Assembly (NCBI GenBank): GCA_965200705.1
Contig: OZ241376.1
Location: 4,169,844 to 4,233,843, forward strand
Direction: 5' to 3'
DNA length: 64,000 nucleotides
Source of the DNA: Bryobacterales bacterium
Lineage (GTDB): Bacteria > Acidobacteriota > Terriglobia > Bryobacterales > UBA6623
The position numbers and the translations under genes were made by a program. Below, piece by piece: positions 1-9,384 of this stretch (position 1 is the first letter of the stretch; the number at the start of each line of letters is the position of its first letter). The notes under the pieces are model-generated. The model saw only the letters and a list, made by a program, of their open reading frames with translations, was not told the origin of the DNA and searched no databases.

Positions 1-1064
1 AAGTTGGATGTGGACGCGGCGAAATGGATGTTGACCATCGTGGCCAGCGGACTCATTGGATTGTGGGGCGCGACCATCATGTACTGGGCCTCCGCCATGG
101 CCGCGATCTTCTTCATCTCCATGATGCCGCCGCACACGCAGATGTCGGGCTGAACCACGTCGAGCGCTTGGATGTTGATCAGGTCCCGGAACTCGAACCG
201 CGTGTAGTTGCATTCGCCGGATGCAAGCGGGATGTTCACGTGGTCCGCCAGCTTCTTCATCGCGTCCGGGTTCTCCGGACGAATCGGCTCCTCGAGCCAG
301 AACGGGTAGTAGGGCTCGATTTCCCTGGCGACGCGTATCGCGCGCTGCACCTCGAAGTAGCGCGCGTGGATGTCGACGGCGATGTCGTGGTCGGGCCCAA
401 CGGCCTCGCGCACCGCCCGGACCCGTTCCCCCGCTATGCGCGTCACCTCGTTGTAGGGCATCTCGTTGTCGCCGGGATTGTGCGGGGACATCTTGCAGGC
501 GTTGTAGCCGAAGCGCTCGCGGAGCTCGACGGCGTTGTCTGCGGCCTCCTCGGGGCTGGGGCCCCCGATCGACTGGTAGAGGCGCACCTTGTTGCGCACA
601 CGCCCTCCTAGCAGTGCCCAGACCGGCAGGCCCGCCGCCTTGCCAGCAATGTCCCAGAGGGCGTGCTCAATGCCGCTGATCGCGGAGTTCACGATGGACC
701 CGCCGGGGAAGCGGGTCGTGTTGTACATGTAGTCCCACAGGTGCTGGATGTTGCGCGGATCCTGTCCCACCAGCCACTTGGCGTAGTCTTCGATGACCTT
801 GACCGTCGCCTCGTCGGGGCCACAGGAATAGGCCTCGCCGATCCCGTGGATGCCTTGGTCGGTCAGGATCTTCACGTAGACCCAGTTGCGTCCTCCGATG
901 TCGCTGGTGCCTGTCTGCTCGCCGCGGGTGCTGCCCACTAGGAAGGTCTGGATCTCGGTGATCTTCATCGCGGGCTGGTTGCCCACCTGCGCAGGGGCCT
1001 GGAAGGGCGCGGCTGCTGCTGCGGCCGCCAGCCCACCGTGACTTAGGAAGGAGCGTCGTCGCAC
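1..1064 (-). CDS. Enolase-superfamily dehydratase (mandelate racemase/muconate lactonizing family, galactonate-dehydratase-like). C-terminus lies outside the window. Probable Tat signal.
   Basis: Absent from the ORF track because it runs off the window edge. My minus-strand translation gives V-RRRSFLSHGGLAAAAAAAPFQAPAQVGNQPA-MKITEIQTFLVGSTRGEQTGTSDIGGRNWVYVKILTDQGIHGIGEAYSCGPDEATVKVIEDYAKWLVGQDPRNIQHLWDYMYNTTRFPGG...LDVVQPDICVCGGIMEMKKIAAMAEAQYMMVAPHNP. Plus-strand ORFs 24..611 and 663..941 are antisense shadows. Start is GTG 1064 (RRxFL motif plus AxA) or ATG 968. Confidence 0.8.
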   Translation of the reverse strand, partial: MRRRSFLSHGGLAAAAAAAPFQAPAQVGNQPAMKITEIQTFLVGSTRGEQTGTSDIGGRNWVYVKILTDQGIHGIGEAYSCGPDEATVKVIEDYAKWLVGQDPRNIQHLWDYMYNTTRFPGGSIVNSAISGIEHALWDIAGKAAGLPVWALLGGRVRNKVRLYQSIGGPSPEEAADNAVELRERFGYNACKMSPHNPGDNEMPYNEVTRIAGERVRAVREAVGPDHDIAVDIHARYFEVQRAIRVAREIEPYYPFWLEEPIRPENPDAMKKLADHVNIPLASGECNYTRFEFRDLINIQALDVVQPDICVCGGIMEMKKIAAMAEAQYMMVAPHNPMSPLATMVNIHFAASTSN

Positions 1065-1243
1065 GTGCTGGCAGTGTGTCGGAAGCCCGCGGCCCTTGTC
1101 AACGCCTGCGGCAAAGTCCCTTCCAGTGCAGACCGCGCATTGAGCCGCTTCGCCCATCGCTGTCCATCCTGGCCAGGCACATAGGCCTGCTTGCTTCCAA
1201 TGCAGGTGAAAATGCTGTATTATTACGAATAAAAACAAAATAA

Positions 1244-1905
1244 ATGACTCGAAACTCGGCATACTCCAAGAACATCCGTGCGCTCGAAGCGCTGGTTCGT
1301 GAGCGTGGATTCGGCCGCTTGGGTGGCGGGCTCCCCCGAGGCGCCATCAGCGAGGTCACTGGACCGTGCTCGTCGGGGCGCACAGGCCTGTTGATGTCCA
1401 TGCTTGCCCAGTTGACGCAGGCGGGCGGCATCGCTGCGTACGTTGACGTCACGGACTGCCTGGATCCGCGCTCGGCCGAGCAGGCCGGAGTGCTTCTCGA
1501 TCGGCTGCTGTGGATCCGCGGCTGCACGGGGCAGACGCCCCGGCGAGCCCGGGGGAGCGGAGGCTTCCACCCATGGAGGAGGCGTGGCAGACAGCGAACC
1601 TGATCGTCTCGTCAGGTGTTTTCGGTGTGGTCGCAGTGGATCTGGGAGGGCTTTCGATGCGCCAGCTGGCCGACTGGCAGCGGCGGACATGGACACGGCT
1701 CAAGCATGCCGCAAAGGACACCCAGACGGCTCTGTTCCTGCTTGCGGAGAGGCACCTGGCGGGCAGCGCGGCGGAGGTGGTGCTGGAACTGCGCCGCGAA
1801 ACAATCGAGTGGGACGGACTGCTGGGCGAGATCGGCGTTGCTGCGGAAGTGCCCAGGCCCGGAGTGCGTGTCGTGGATCGCGTTGACATGGGGCGGGCTG
1901 CGTGA
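1244..1905 (+). pseudogene. imuA: ImuA/ImuA'-like RecA-fold protein of the imuA-imuB-dnaE2 mutagenesis cassette, interrupted by a -1 frame break
   Basis: ORF 1244..1603 carries GGGLPRGAISEVTGPCSSGRTGLL, a RecA-like loop with a degenerate Walker A. ORF 1510..1905 in the adjacent frame continues with EEAWQTANLIVSSGVFGVVAVDLGG...RLKHAAKDTQTALFLL. The halves join only if one nt is restored within about 1520-1575, where there are GGGG, CCCC and CCCGGGGG runs. An AT-rich stretch at 1205-1243 lies directly upstream. Confidence 0.55.
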
Positions 1906-2926
1906 CAGGGCAGTCCTCCGCACGTGCTCCCGTCCTGTACGCCTCTCTGCTAGTGGTCTACATGACTCAACTGATCCCTGCTGGCGGCCTCGATGACCAC
2001 GGCAAGCTGCGCGCTTTGGTCTATCAAGCCCTCGTGGATTAGCGCGGAAGCTGGGGCTCCGAACCACTGTCGGAGTGGCTTGGTGTGTCCATTGGGCAGG
2101 CTGTTTCGCAGAAAGCTTCATTTGGCACAATCGCGGGGAATCAACCCGCCGGAGTACTGGAGGCGACGCAAAGCCTGAGGGGCTGATCGATCGGCAGCAC
2201 TGCTTTCGACTCTCATTCCGACATGTCACGCTTGGACGCCACATCGGTGAATGTGAGCCTCTAGCGAATTGGACCAGGAACGGTGTCGTTGTGGCCGGTC
2301 TTCCTTCTGCTCAGATCGCGGTCGTCTTCATGTTCTTGCGGTGTGAGATCTTGCCTAAGTCGACGATCGATTTCCCGCCATTCAGTCACAGTCCGCTTCC
2401 CTGCCACTCGCCGGGATGCATTGTGTCAAAAGTGCATACGCAGCTCTTGAACTTGAGTGGCGTCGATTCACCGGCTGTTCAGGTGAGCAGATGGGGCTGC
2501 GGTGTCCTCCGGACCATTCCCGCGCTAGCCGCCCACGAGAGTCGCGCCCCGGTTGACGAAGTGTGTTGCACCCTGAACGACTCGGCCGCACACGTCGTCC
2601 TCTTGTCGCTCAACCGCGGCTTCCCGTCGCATGTCCATTCTGAGGAGCACCCGATCGAAGCGGAAAAGTACAGGGACTGAGAGTCCTTGGGCAGCTCTTA
2701 TAGCAGAGCCGGGCCAAGGGTTGGGCCTTGGACGGTCGCAAGGAAGCTTGCGGTCCGGGTGGCCGAGTGTATTCCCTCCTACTGTTGCGAGGAAGTGGCA
2801 TGTCATGCGGTCGGGCATTCGTCGCGATCCATCTCTTTGGAACGAACGGATCAGGGCTATACTGCGAAGCGCATTGTGCGGCTGCTGCGACAGATCGCGC
2901 AGCAATTAGAGAAACGGAGGATTGGT

Positions 2927-5900
2927 ATGAGAATTTCTTCACTTGCGCCCACGGCGGCAGTCTGGATGGTACTTGCCTTGCCGGTGGCGTTCTCACAAAC
3001 TGAAACGGCGGCGATCAATGGATTCGTGACTGATGCCAGCGGCGGTGTCGTCCCCGCCGCGGACATCATCGCGACGAATGTCGCCACGAATGCCGTACAT
3101 CCCGTCCAAACAAGCGAGGCTGGATACTATGTCATCACTCCGCTGCCGATCGGCACCTACACCATCACCGTGGAGGTGCCCGGCTTCAAGACCGGCGTGG
3201 CTGAGAACATCACGCTACAGGTGCAGCAGAGAGCCAAGATCGATTTCTCTCTGGAGGTCGGTGAACTCACGGAAGTCGTTACCGTCGAATCAGCAGCCCC
3301 ACTGCTGACCACCGAGGAGACATCGCTTGGCCAGGTCGTCAACAACCGCTCGATCGTCGAGCTCCCGCTGAACGGACGGAACTACTTACAGCTAGGCACC
3401 TTGGCGGTCGGCATGATGCCCACCAAGAAGGGCATGTTCAACGACCACGGGTCGGCGTTCTTGGCCAATGGCCTGCGCTACACGATGAACAACTACCTCC
3501 TCGACGGCTTGGATAACAACTCCCAGATCACGAACTTGCAGTCTGGAGGGGCGGAAATCATGAGGCCCTCTGTCGATGCGATCCAAGAGTTCAAGATCCA
3601 GACATCGAACTTCTCCGCCGAGTTCGGCCGCAGCGCGGGTGCCGTAGTCAACGTGGCGGTCAAGGGCGGCACCAACGAGTTCCATGGCACGGCCTTCGAG
3701 TTCGTGCGCAATTCCGCGCTCGACGCAAAGAACTTCTTCGCATCCGCCACGGACCCCATCCCGCCGTTCAAGCAGAACCAGTTCGGGGCCACGATCGGAG
3801 GGCCCATCGTCAAAGACAAGGTGTTCTTCTTCAGCAGCTACGAGGCGACGATCGTCCGCAAGGGCCTGACCAGCATCACGACGGTTCCCATCCCGGACAT
3901 GCTGGCAGGGAATTTCGGATCGCGAAACGTGTTCGATCCGAAGATGCAGCAAGAGGGTGCCGACGGGTCGGGAGTGATCCGGGAACAGTACGCCAATAAC
4001 ACCATCCCCTCGAGCCAGTTCGACCCGGTCTCGACGAAGGTTCTCGCTCTCTACCCGGCCCCCAACCTTCCGGGGTTGAACTCGAACTTCCTCTTCAACC
4101 CGAACCAGCAGGAGGACCGTCACCAGTTCGACAACCGAGTCGATTACCGTCTTTCGGAGAAGGACCAGATCTACGGTCGCTACAGCTACACGAACCGCAA
4201 GTTCATAGCTCCCGGCTCGCTGCCGTTTCCAGCGATCGGGTCGACGAGCGACCGGCTCAGCAACCAGCAGTTCCTCTCGCATCAGCTGGCGCTCGTGGAA
4301 ACGCACGCGTTCAGCCCGACAGTCATCAATGAGTTCCGGTACGGCTACAATCGCGTCCAAGCCAACCTGCGACCCTTCGACACGACCCGACGCAGCGACG
4401 AGTTCGGAATTCTAGGCGTCTCGACGAAGGAGCCTGTCAGCGGTCTGTCGAATTTCCGCCCCGCAGGCTTCGCGGCCTTGGGAGACTCATCGTTTCTGCC
4501 GAACTTCCAAGGCTCCCAGACCCACCAGGTGATCAACGCGCTTTCGATCATCCGCGGCAAGCACACTATGAAGACGGGACTGGACATCCGGTACCCTGAC
4601 AGCTTCTTCAACACCTACCAGAGGGAGCGGGGCCAGTTCAACTTCAACGGAGTCTTCACTCAGAATCCTCTGAGCAGAGGTGGAACGGGCAGCAGCATGG
4701 CGGACTTCGTCCTCGGGTTTGCGAACAACGGGATCCTCAGCAACGAGATCACAGGCACCCTCGAGCACAGCGCGTACCAGTTCTATTTCCAAGACGACTG
4801 GAAGGCGACGACAAGGCTGACGCTAAACATCGGTATCCGATACGAGCTGATCAGCCCCTTCATGGAGAGGGAGAACCGCCAGGGCAACTTCATCCTCAAC
4901 CCCGATGACGCGGCGTTCGGCACGCTGCTTGCCGCCGGAACGCGCGGAGACGGTTGGGAAGGGCGTGGCGTGATCAGTCCGGATACCAACAACTTCGCGC
5001 CTCGGATCGGCATCGCGTACCAAGTTGACGACAGTACAGTCATCCGCACCGCCTATGGGGTGTTCTACACGCACAACGAACTGTGGGGAGTGGTCAACCG
5101 CATGGTGTCTGCCTTCCCGTTCCATATCAACGTGGGCTTCCCGACCGATCAGGTCAATCCCAATCTCGTGGTCTCGGACGGCTTTCCAATCGGTGTCCTG
5201 AACCCAGAGGTGCAGCCTCCGAACCCACGCACAGTGTCCTTCTCCCAGAACTTCCCGGCAGGATACACGCAGCAGTGGAATTTCAACATCCAGCGCCAGC
5301 TACCTTTGGACATGCTGTTCGAGATCGGATACGTCGGAAACACTTCGGTCAAGCTGGCTTCGAACCGCAATTCCAACCAGCCGGTACCTGGTCCGGGATC
5401 TCCTAGGAGCCGCCGGAGATTTGCGGATATCGGTTTCCTCCAAACCTATGAAGTCATGGGGCGCGGCAACTACAACTCGCTCCAGGTGAAATTCGAGAAG
5501 CGCTACACGCGCGGCCTTCAATTTCTGACGTCCTACACATGGGGTCACGGGATCGAGTTGCTTCCCCAGCAGGCATCAGGCCCTCTCCCCAGGATCCAGA
5601 ACAACTTGGACCTTTCCGGGGAGCGAGCTAGGACGGCCAACGATGCACGCCATCGCTTCGTTTACTCCTTCACTTGGGACCTGCCGTTCGGGACGGATCG
5701 GGCATGGGCGAATTCCGGGGCCGGTGCGCTCATCTTCGGGGGGTGGCAGCTTACCGGTGTGAACACGCTGCAGACCGGCCTGCCATTCAGCGTCGGCCTG
5801 GGCTTCGATTCTTCCAACGTAGGCAACGCACCACACAATGCCCGCCCGGATCGTTTAGGCAGCGGCGTCCTCGGTTCGGGGGAGCGTAGCATCGATCGCT

Positions 5901-6214
5901 GGTTTGACACGTCCGCGTTCGCAGTGCCTACCCAATTCAGCCATGGAAACGCAGGCAGATTGATCCTCGACGGGCCCGGGACCGTCAATTTCGATTTGGG
6001 CATTACGAGGACGTTCACCGTGACCGAGAGGTTGCGGCTGCAATTTAGGACCGAGTTCTTCAATGCAATGAACACACCGCAATTCGACCAGCCCGGCGGA
6101 GGCTCAATCGTTGCAGCCGGTCGGCCGATGCTCACTCGCGGTCCGGGACCGCAAATCCGCCGAACGATAGCGGACAACCGACAGCTGCAGTTTGGCGCGA
6201 AACTGATTTGGTAG
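2927..6214 (+). CDS. TonB-dependent outer-membrane receptor with N-terminal carboxypeptidase-regulatory-like domain
   Basis: ORF 2687..6214. Best start is ATG 2927, preceded by GGAGG at 2916-2920. Signal peptide MRISSLAPTAAVWMVLALPVAFSQ. CarboxypepD_reg-like segment INGFVTDASGGVV...YYVITPLPIGTYTITVEVPGFK. Plug-like NGRNYLQL region. Long beta-barrel ending in QFGAKLIW. Confidence 0.9.
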   Translation: MRISSLAPTAAVWMVLALPVAFSQTETAAINGFVTDASGGVVPAADIIATNVATNAVHPVQTSEAGYYVITPLPIGTYTITVEVPGFKTGVAENITLQVQQRAKIDFSLEVGELTEVVTVESAAPLLTTEETSLGQVVNNRSIVELPLNGRNYLQLGTLAVGMMPTKKGMFNDHGSAFLANGLRYTMNNYLLDGLDNNSQITNLQSGGAEIMRPSVDAIQEFKIQTSNFSAEFGRSAGAVVNVAVKGGTNEFHGTAFEFVRNSALDAKNFFASATDPIPPFKQNQFGATIGGPIVKDKVFFFSSYEATIVRKGLTSITTVPIPDMLAGNFGSRNVFDPKMQQEGADGSGVIREQYANNTIPSSQFDPVSTKVLALYPAPNLPGLNSNFLFNPNQQEDRHQFDNRVDYRLSEKDQIYGRYSYTNRKFIAPGSLPFPAIGSTSDRLSNQQFLSHQLALVETHAFSPTVINEFRYGYNRVQANLRPFDTTRRSDEFGILGVSTKEPVSGLSNFRPAGFAALGDSSFLPNFQGSQTHQVINALSIIRGKHTMKTGLDIRYPDSFFNTYQRERGQFNFNGVFTQNPLSRGGTGSSMADFVLGFANNGILSNEITGTLEHSAYQFYFQDDWKATTRLTLNIGIRYELISPFMERENRQGNFILNPDDAAFGTLLAAGTRGDGWEGRGVISPDTNNFAPRIGIAYQVDDSTVIRTAYGVFYTHNELWGVVNRMVSAFPFHINVGFPTDQVNPNLVVSDGFPIGVLNPEVQPPNPRTVSFSQNFPAGYTQQWNFNIQRQLPLDMLFEIGYVGNTSVKLASNRNSNQPVPGPGSPRSRRRFADIGFLQTYEVMGRGNYNSLQVKFEKRYTRGLQFLTSYTWGHGIELLPQQASGPLPRIQNNLDLSGERARTANDARHRFVYSFTWDLPFGTDRAWANSGAGALIFGGWQLTGVNTLQTGLPFSVGLGFDSSNVGNAPHNARPDRLGSGVLGSGERSIDRWFDTSAFAVPTQFSHGNAGRLILDGPGTVNFDLGITRTFTVTERLRLQFRTEFFNAMNTPQFDQPGGGSIVAAGRPMLTRGPGPQIRRTIADNRQLQFGAKLIW

Positions 6215-6259
6215 ACGGACCGCAGCCTGCTTCTCAGGTCGCGGCGCTATCAGTTCCGA

Positions 6260-6299
6260 GGTCGCGAGGGCCGGGAGTTCGTTCCCGTCCCTCGCGACC
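6260..6299 (+). terminator. GC-rich stem-loop about 45 nt after the receptor stop codon, without a clear T-tract
   Basis: ggtcgcgaggg (6260-6270) pairs with ccctcgcgacc (6289-6299). An inner cggga/tcccg pairing extends the stem. Confidence 0.4.
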
Positions 6300-6696
6300 G
6301 AGTGAAAGCACGGGCCAAGCGCGGCAAGCCAGGGGGCGGAGCACAGGTGCGGCCTTGGTCAACTTGAGACCGCGACTTACGGTTTCAAACTCCTTGGGAG
6401 ATCGGTGCGTTGGGATCGGAATCGGAATCGCAACCGCGGGTTGAGCGGCCCCGTGAGCGAGGCGCACGCTCACGGCGCGAAGGGAACGAACGCGGGCGGT
6501 CGTCCTCGACGGCTCCACCCTCTCGCTACGACGAAACCAGAATCGAATGTCCAGCTCTACGGCATGCAAAGCAGCGGCGGGCGCAGGCTTGTCGCCTCGG
6601 ACGCACCGGCATGCCTAGGACCGCCCAAACACTGATTCTGGCAGTCAGCGCCGAAAATTAAATGGTCCTGCCCGGATATCACCGTGTTGTACGATC

Positions 6697-7028
6697 TTGT
6701 CGCAAATGCGTAGCTACTCTTGGTTCCTCGTCCCCGTCGCGATGGCATGCTTCCAGGCAAGTGCCCAGAACGTGGACGTTACGGCTGCGCAGAATCTGCG
6801 CCTGACTCCGGGGAACGGATCGATTTCGACGATATGGAATCCGGCCAGTTCCGCACCGTATGGGTATCTGGTGCGCTGGCGCAAGCGGGGGTCGGGTTCG
6901 ATCCTCGGGAGGTCAGTTGTATCAGGACTAGCCACACGATCAGGGGACTGACCAACGGAACGGGCTACCTTGTTGCCGTCGACACCAACTTCGGTAGCGA
7001 CGGCGGGATTCTTTCCCCCGGAGGGTGA
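6697..7028 (+). pseudogene. Detached 5' part of the downstream sulfatase gene: signal peptide plus first FN3-like repeat, split over two frames
   Basis: ORF 6697..6951 reads MSQMRSYSWFLVPVAMACFQASAQ...NLRLTPGNGSISTIWNPASSAPYGYLVRWRKRGSGS. ORF 6720..7028 continues with TIRGLTNGTGYLVAVDTNFGSDGGILSPGG. Together they parallel the intact repeat in ORF 7025..8680 (LRLTPGDGAIELDWSPATSAPYGYLVRWR...ITGLTNGVRYIVSVDTNFDSGHGILSPRR). Confidence 0.6.
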
Positions 7029-8680
7029 CCGCTGCCGTGGCCACACCAGCAGGTCCGGCGAAGCCCGAGCCTCCGCCTTCGCCGGAGCCCGAGGAGCCCA
7101 CGGCGATCTCAGGTCTAAGGCTGACTCCGGGGGACGGAGCGATCGAGCTCGACTGGAGCCCCGCCACATCGGCTCCGTACGGCTACTTGGTGCGCTGGCG
7201 CGTCCAGGGCGCGGACATGTCGACCGTTCAGAGGTCTGTTGTTTCCGGGGGGCGCTTCACAATCACGGGACTCACCAACGGTGTGCGGTACATCGTCTCC
7301 GTCGACACGAACTTCGACAGTGGCCACGGAATCCTCTCGCCCCGCAGGTGGGTTACGAAGAGGGCAATGCCCCGAGCGGACCGGGACCGCGAAGAGAGCC
7401 CCCCGAACATCGTGCTGATCGTTGCCGACGATCTTGGGTATGCGGACGTCGGCTTCCATGGCTTGACGGAGTTCGAGACTCCGAACCTGGACGACTTGGC
7501 CGAATCTGGCATTCGCTTCTCCGCCGGATATGTCACGTCGCCGATCTGCAGTCCATCGCGCGCTGGATTGATGACCGGTCGCTACCAGCAAGTGTTCGGC
7601 TACATGTTCAATCCCCGGGCCGGTTTCAACCAAGGCATACCGGGGTATCTGCCACTGTTGCCGGCGCTGTTGGCAAAGGGAGGATACGGCACGAAGATCG
7701 TGGGCAAGTGGCATCTGGGCGACTCGCTTGCCCGCCACCCCCTTCGGAAAGGATTCGACGAGTTCCTGGGCTTCACGGGTGGAGGGCACGACTATTTCAC
7801 GTCCTTCCCGAACACCGGCTATTACCTCCAGACGGAGCTCTACGACGGCTACAGGCGTGTTCCTGTGAAGGGCTACCTGACGGACCAGTTCACCGATGCA
7901 GCGGTCGACTTCATCGAGCGCCATCGCGACCGGCCGTTCTTTCTGTATCTCGCCTACAACGCGCCGCACAGTCCGCTCCAGGCACCGGCCAGCGCTCTGG
8001 AGCGGGTCACTTCGATTGAAGATCCCAGCCGCCGGACCTACGCTGCGATGGTCACTGTCCTAGACCGGGGTGTGGGCGAGGTGATGCGGCGTCCTGCGTC
8101 GCTGGGGCTGACCGACCACACACTGGTGTTCTTCCTGAGCGACAACGGCGGCTCCCACGCGGGGGGATCAGAGAGGGTCGATTCCGCTCGCTCCGCCGTG
8201 AACCGGCCGCTGTCCAGGGGCAAGGGCAGCCTTGCGGAGGGCGGCATCCGGGTTCCGTTCGTCGTCTCGTGGCCGGGGCGGCTCGAGGCGGGGAAGACGT
8301 ACGACTACCCCGTTTCGTCGATTGACATCCTTCCGACGGCGCTCGCGGTCGCTGGTCTCGCCGAACCGCAGAACGTGGATGGGGTCGACCTGATGCCGTA
8401 CCTGACCGGAGAGAAGTCCTCGGCGCCACACGCCCAGCTGCTCTGGTCCCACGGTCCCAATCGTCGCGTTGCTATACGGACTCTCGATCGGAAACTGTAC
8501 AAGGAAGCCACCAGGCTTATAACCCCGCAAAACAACAGTGCCGCAAGGCTGTATGCGATTCAGGAGGACGTCGGCGAGGAGCACGACCTAGCGGCGCAAG
8601 AGCCGGTGAAGGCGCATCGACTCCTGGAGTCGGTAGTGGCTTGGACAGCTACCCATCGCAGGGCCCTGTGGAAGCAGTAG
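7025..8680 (+). CDS. Arylsulfatase-A-family sulfatase with an N-terminal Pro-rich linker and FN3-like domain. Probably one gene with 6697-7028.
   Basis: PNIVLIVADDLGYADVGFHG metal-binding start, canonical formylglycine motif CSPSRAGLMTGRY, and later LSDNGG and GKGSLAEGGIRVPF segments. Confidence 0.85.
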   Translation: MTAAVATPAGPAKPEPPPSPEPEEPTAISGLRLTPGDGAIELDWSPATSAPYGYLVRWRVQGADMSTVQRSVVSGGRFTITGLTNGVRYIVSVDTNFDSGHGILSPRRWVTKRAMPRADRDREESPPNIVLIVADDLGYADVGFHGLTEFETPNLDDLAESGIRFSAGYVTSPICSPSRAGLMTGRYQQVFGYMFNPRAGFNQGIPGYLPLLPALLAKGGYGTKIVGKWHLGDSLARHPLRKGFDEFLGFTGGGHDYFTSFPNTGYYLQTELYDGYRRVPVKGYLTDQFTDAAVDFIERHRDRPFFLYLAYNAPHSPLQAPASALERVTSIEDPSRRTYAAMVTVLDRGVGEVMRRPASLGLTDHTLVFFLSDNGGSHAGGSERVDSARSAVNRPLSRGKGSLAEGGIRVPFVVSWPGRLEAGKTYDYPVSSIDILPTALAVAGLAEPQNVDGVDLMPYLTGEKSSAPHAQLLWSHGPNRRVAIRTLDRKLYKEATRLITPQNNSAARLYAIQEDVGEEHDLAAQEPVKAHRLLESVVAWTATHRRALWKQ

Positions 8681-9384
8681 ACGAGCAGTCCCGTCCCAAG
8701 CACTCGTAATCGAGCAACGCTTGCCACGTAGTCACGAAACGGCTCCCTGACGAAGCGTCCTGCGGCTGGCAGCTACGCGGCTATCGTGCTTGTGGACAGA
8801 GGCGGGAGCAGACCGCACTTCTTGCTGACTGCCCGGCCCCGTGCCCCAACCATGTCGTCCAAACCGACGTGGCTGGCCGCTTCGAGCCCTGATGTGTTCC
8901 CGGACCTGCGAGGGCCTGCAGCGAATGAGCACCTCCCTCCGGACAGAAAGCCAACGCGCGCCGGTGTCCCGCACCGGTGGTTAGGTCGTCCTCCTTCAGC
9001 GATGACGGCGCTGCTGCTCGGTCGTGGTCGTGGTTTCTTGCAACAGGGGTGGTAGGAGGCCGGACTCGATGTCCCGTGCGCCCGGCTGACGGAATTCCTG
9101 GCAACGCGCGCCAACAGCGTCGGCTGGGACGCCGAGCGGCTGTGGAGCACCTGCGTGACGCGGACCGATCTGGAGGCCGTCCTCCGCTCCCTCGGGAGCG
9201 CACTGTGACTGCGCCCGATCCACGAGCGGCTGGGCGTGGACGCCTCGTCGGGCGGGGTCCGCAAGCTGGTCGTCCAGCCCAGACGCCGCAGGAAAAATGC
9301 ACGGAATGCAGTGCCACACGCCTGATTCCGCGACCGCAATGTGCTCATTGCAAACGACTTATGAAATGGGGTGGCAAACATGGG

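Noticed and set aside
2179-2212. tmRNA-like 5' end GGGGCTGA...TTCGAC
   Set aside because: There is no complementary CAGCCCC-ACCA 3' end, T-arm or tag reading frame within 300-450 nt downstream. The similarity is limited to two short words.
2262-2410. 50-codon minus-strand ORF (VAGKRTVTEWREIDRRLRQDLTPQEHEDDRDLSRRK...) in the low-GC stretch
   Set aside because: It looks hydrophilic and protein-like, but third-position GC is only about 50 percent and it has no motif or RBS. It cannot be supported without a homology search.
3392-4360. Long antisense ORFs inside well-supported genes: 3392..4360, 7115..7969, 13162..14262, 33006..34250, 35118..36107, 40609..41169, 63228..63800
   Set aside because: They are Arg/Gly/Pro/His-rich with no motifs, and they overlap genes with clear family signatures on the opposite strand. 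These are the usual shadow ORFs of GC-rich DNA.
6413-6430. GGATCGGAATCGGAATCG hexamer microrepeat downstream of the TonB receptor gene
   Set aside because: It has only about three imperfect units, with no flanking array structure. It is too short to call a tandem repeat or CRISPR-like element.
7010-7030. Programmed ribosomal frameshift or stop-codon recoding at the sulfatase GGGTGA junction
   Set aside because: There is no slippery heptamer or downstream structure. In-frame readthrough gives nonsense (PLPWPHQQVRR...). A one-base repair restores ILSPRRVT, which parallels the second repeat. The same -1 pattern also recurs in unrelated genes.
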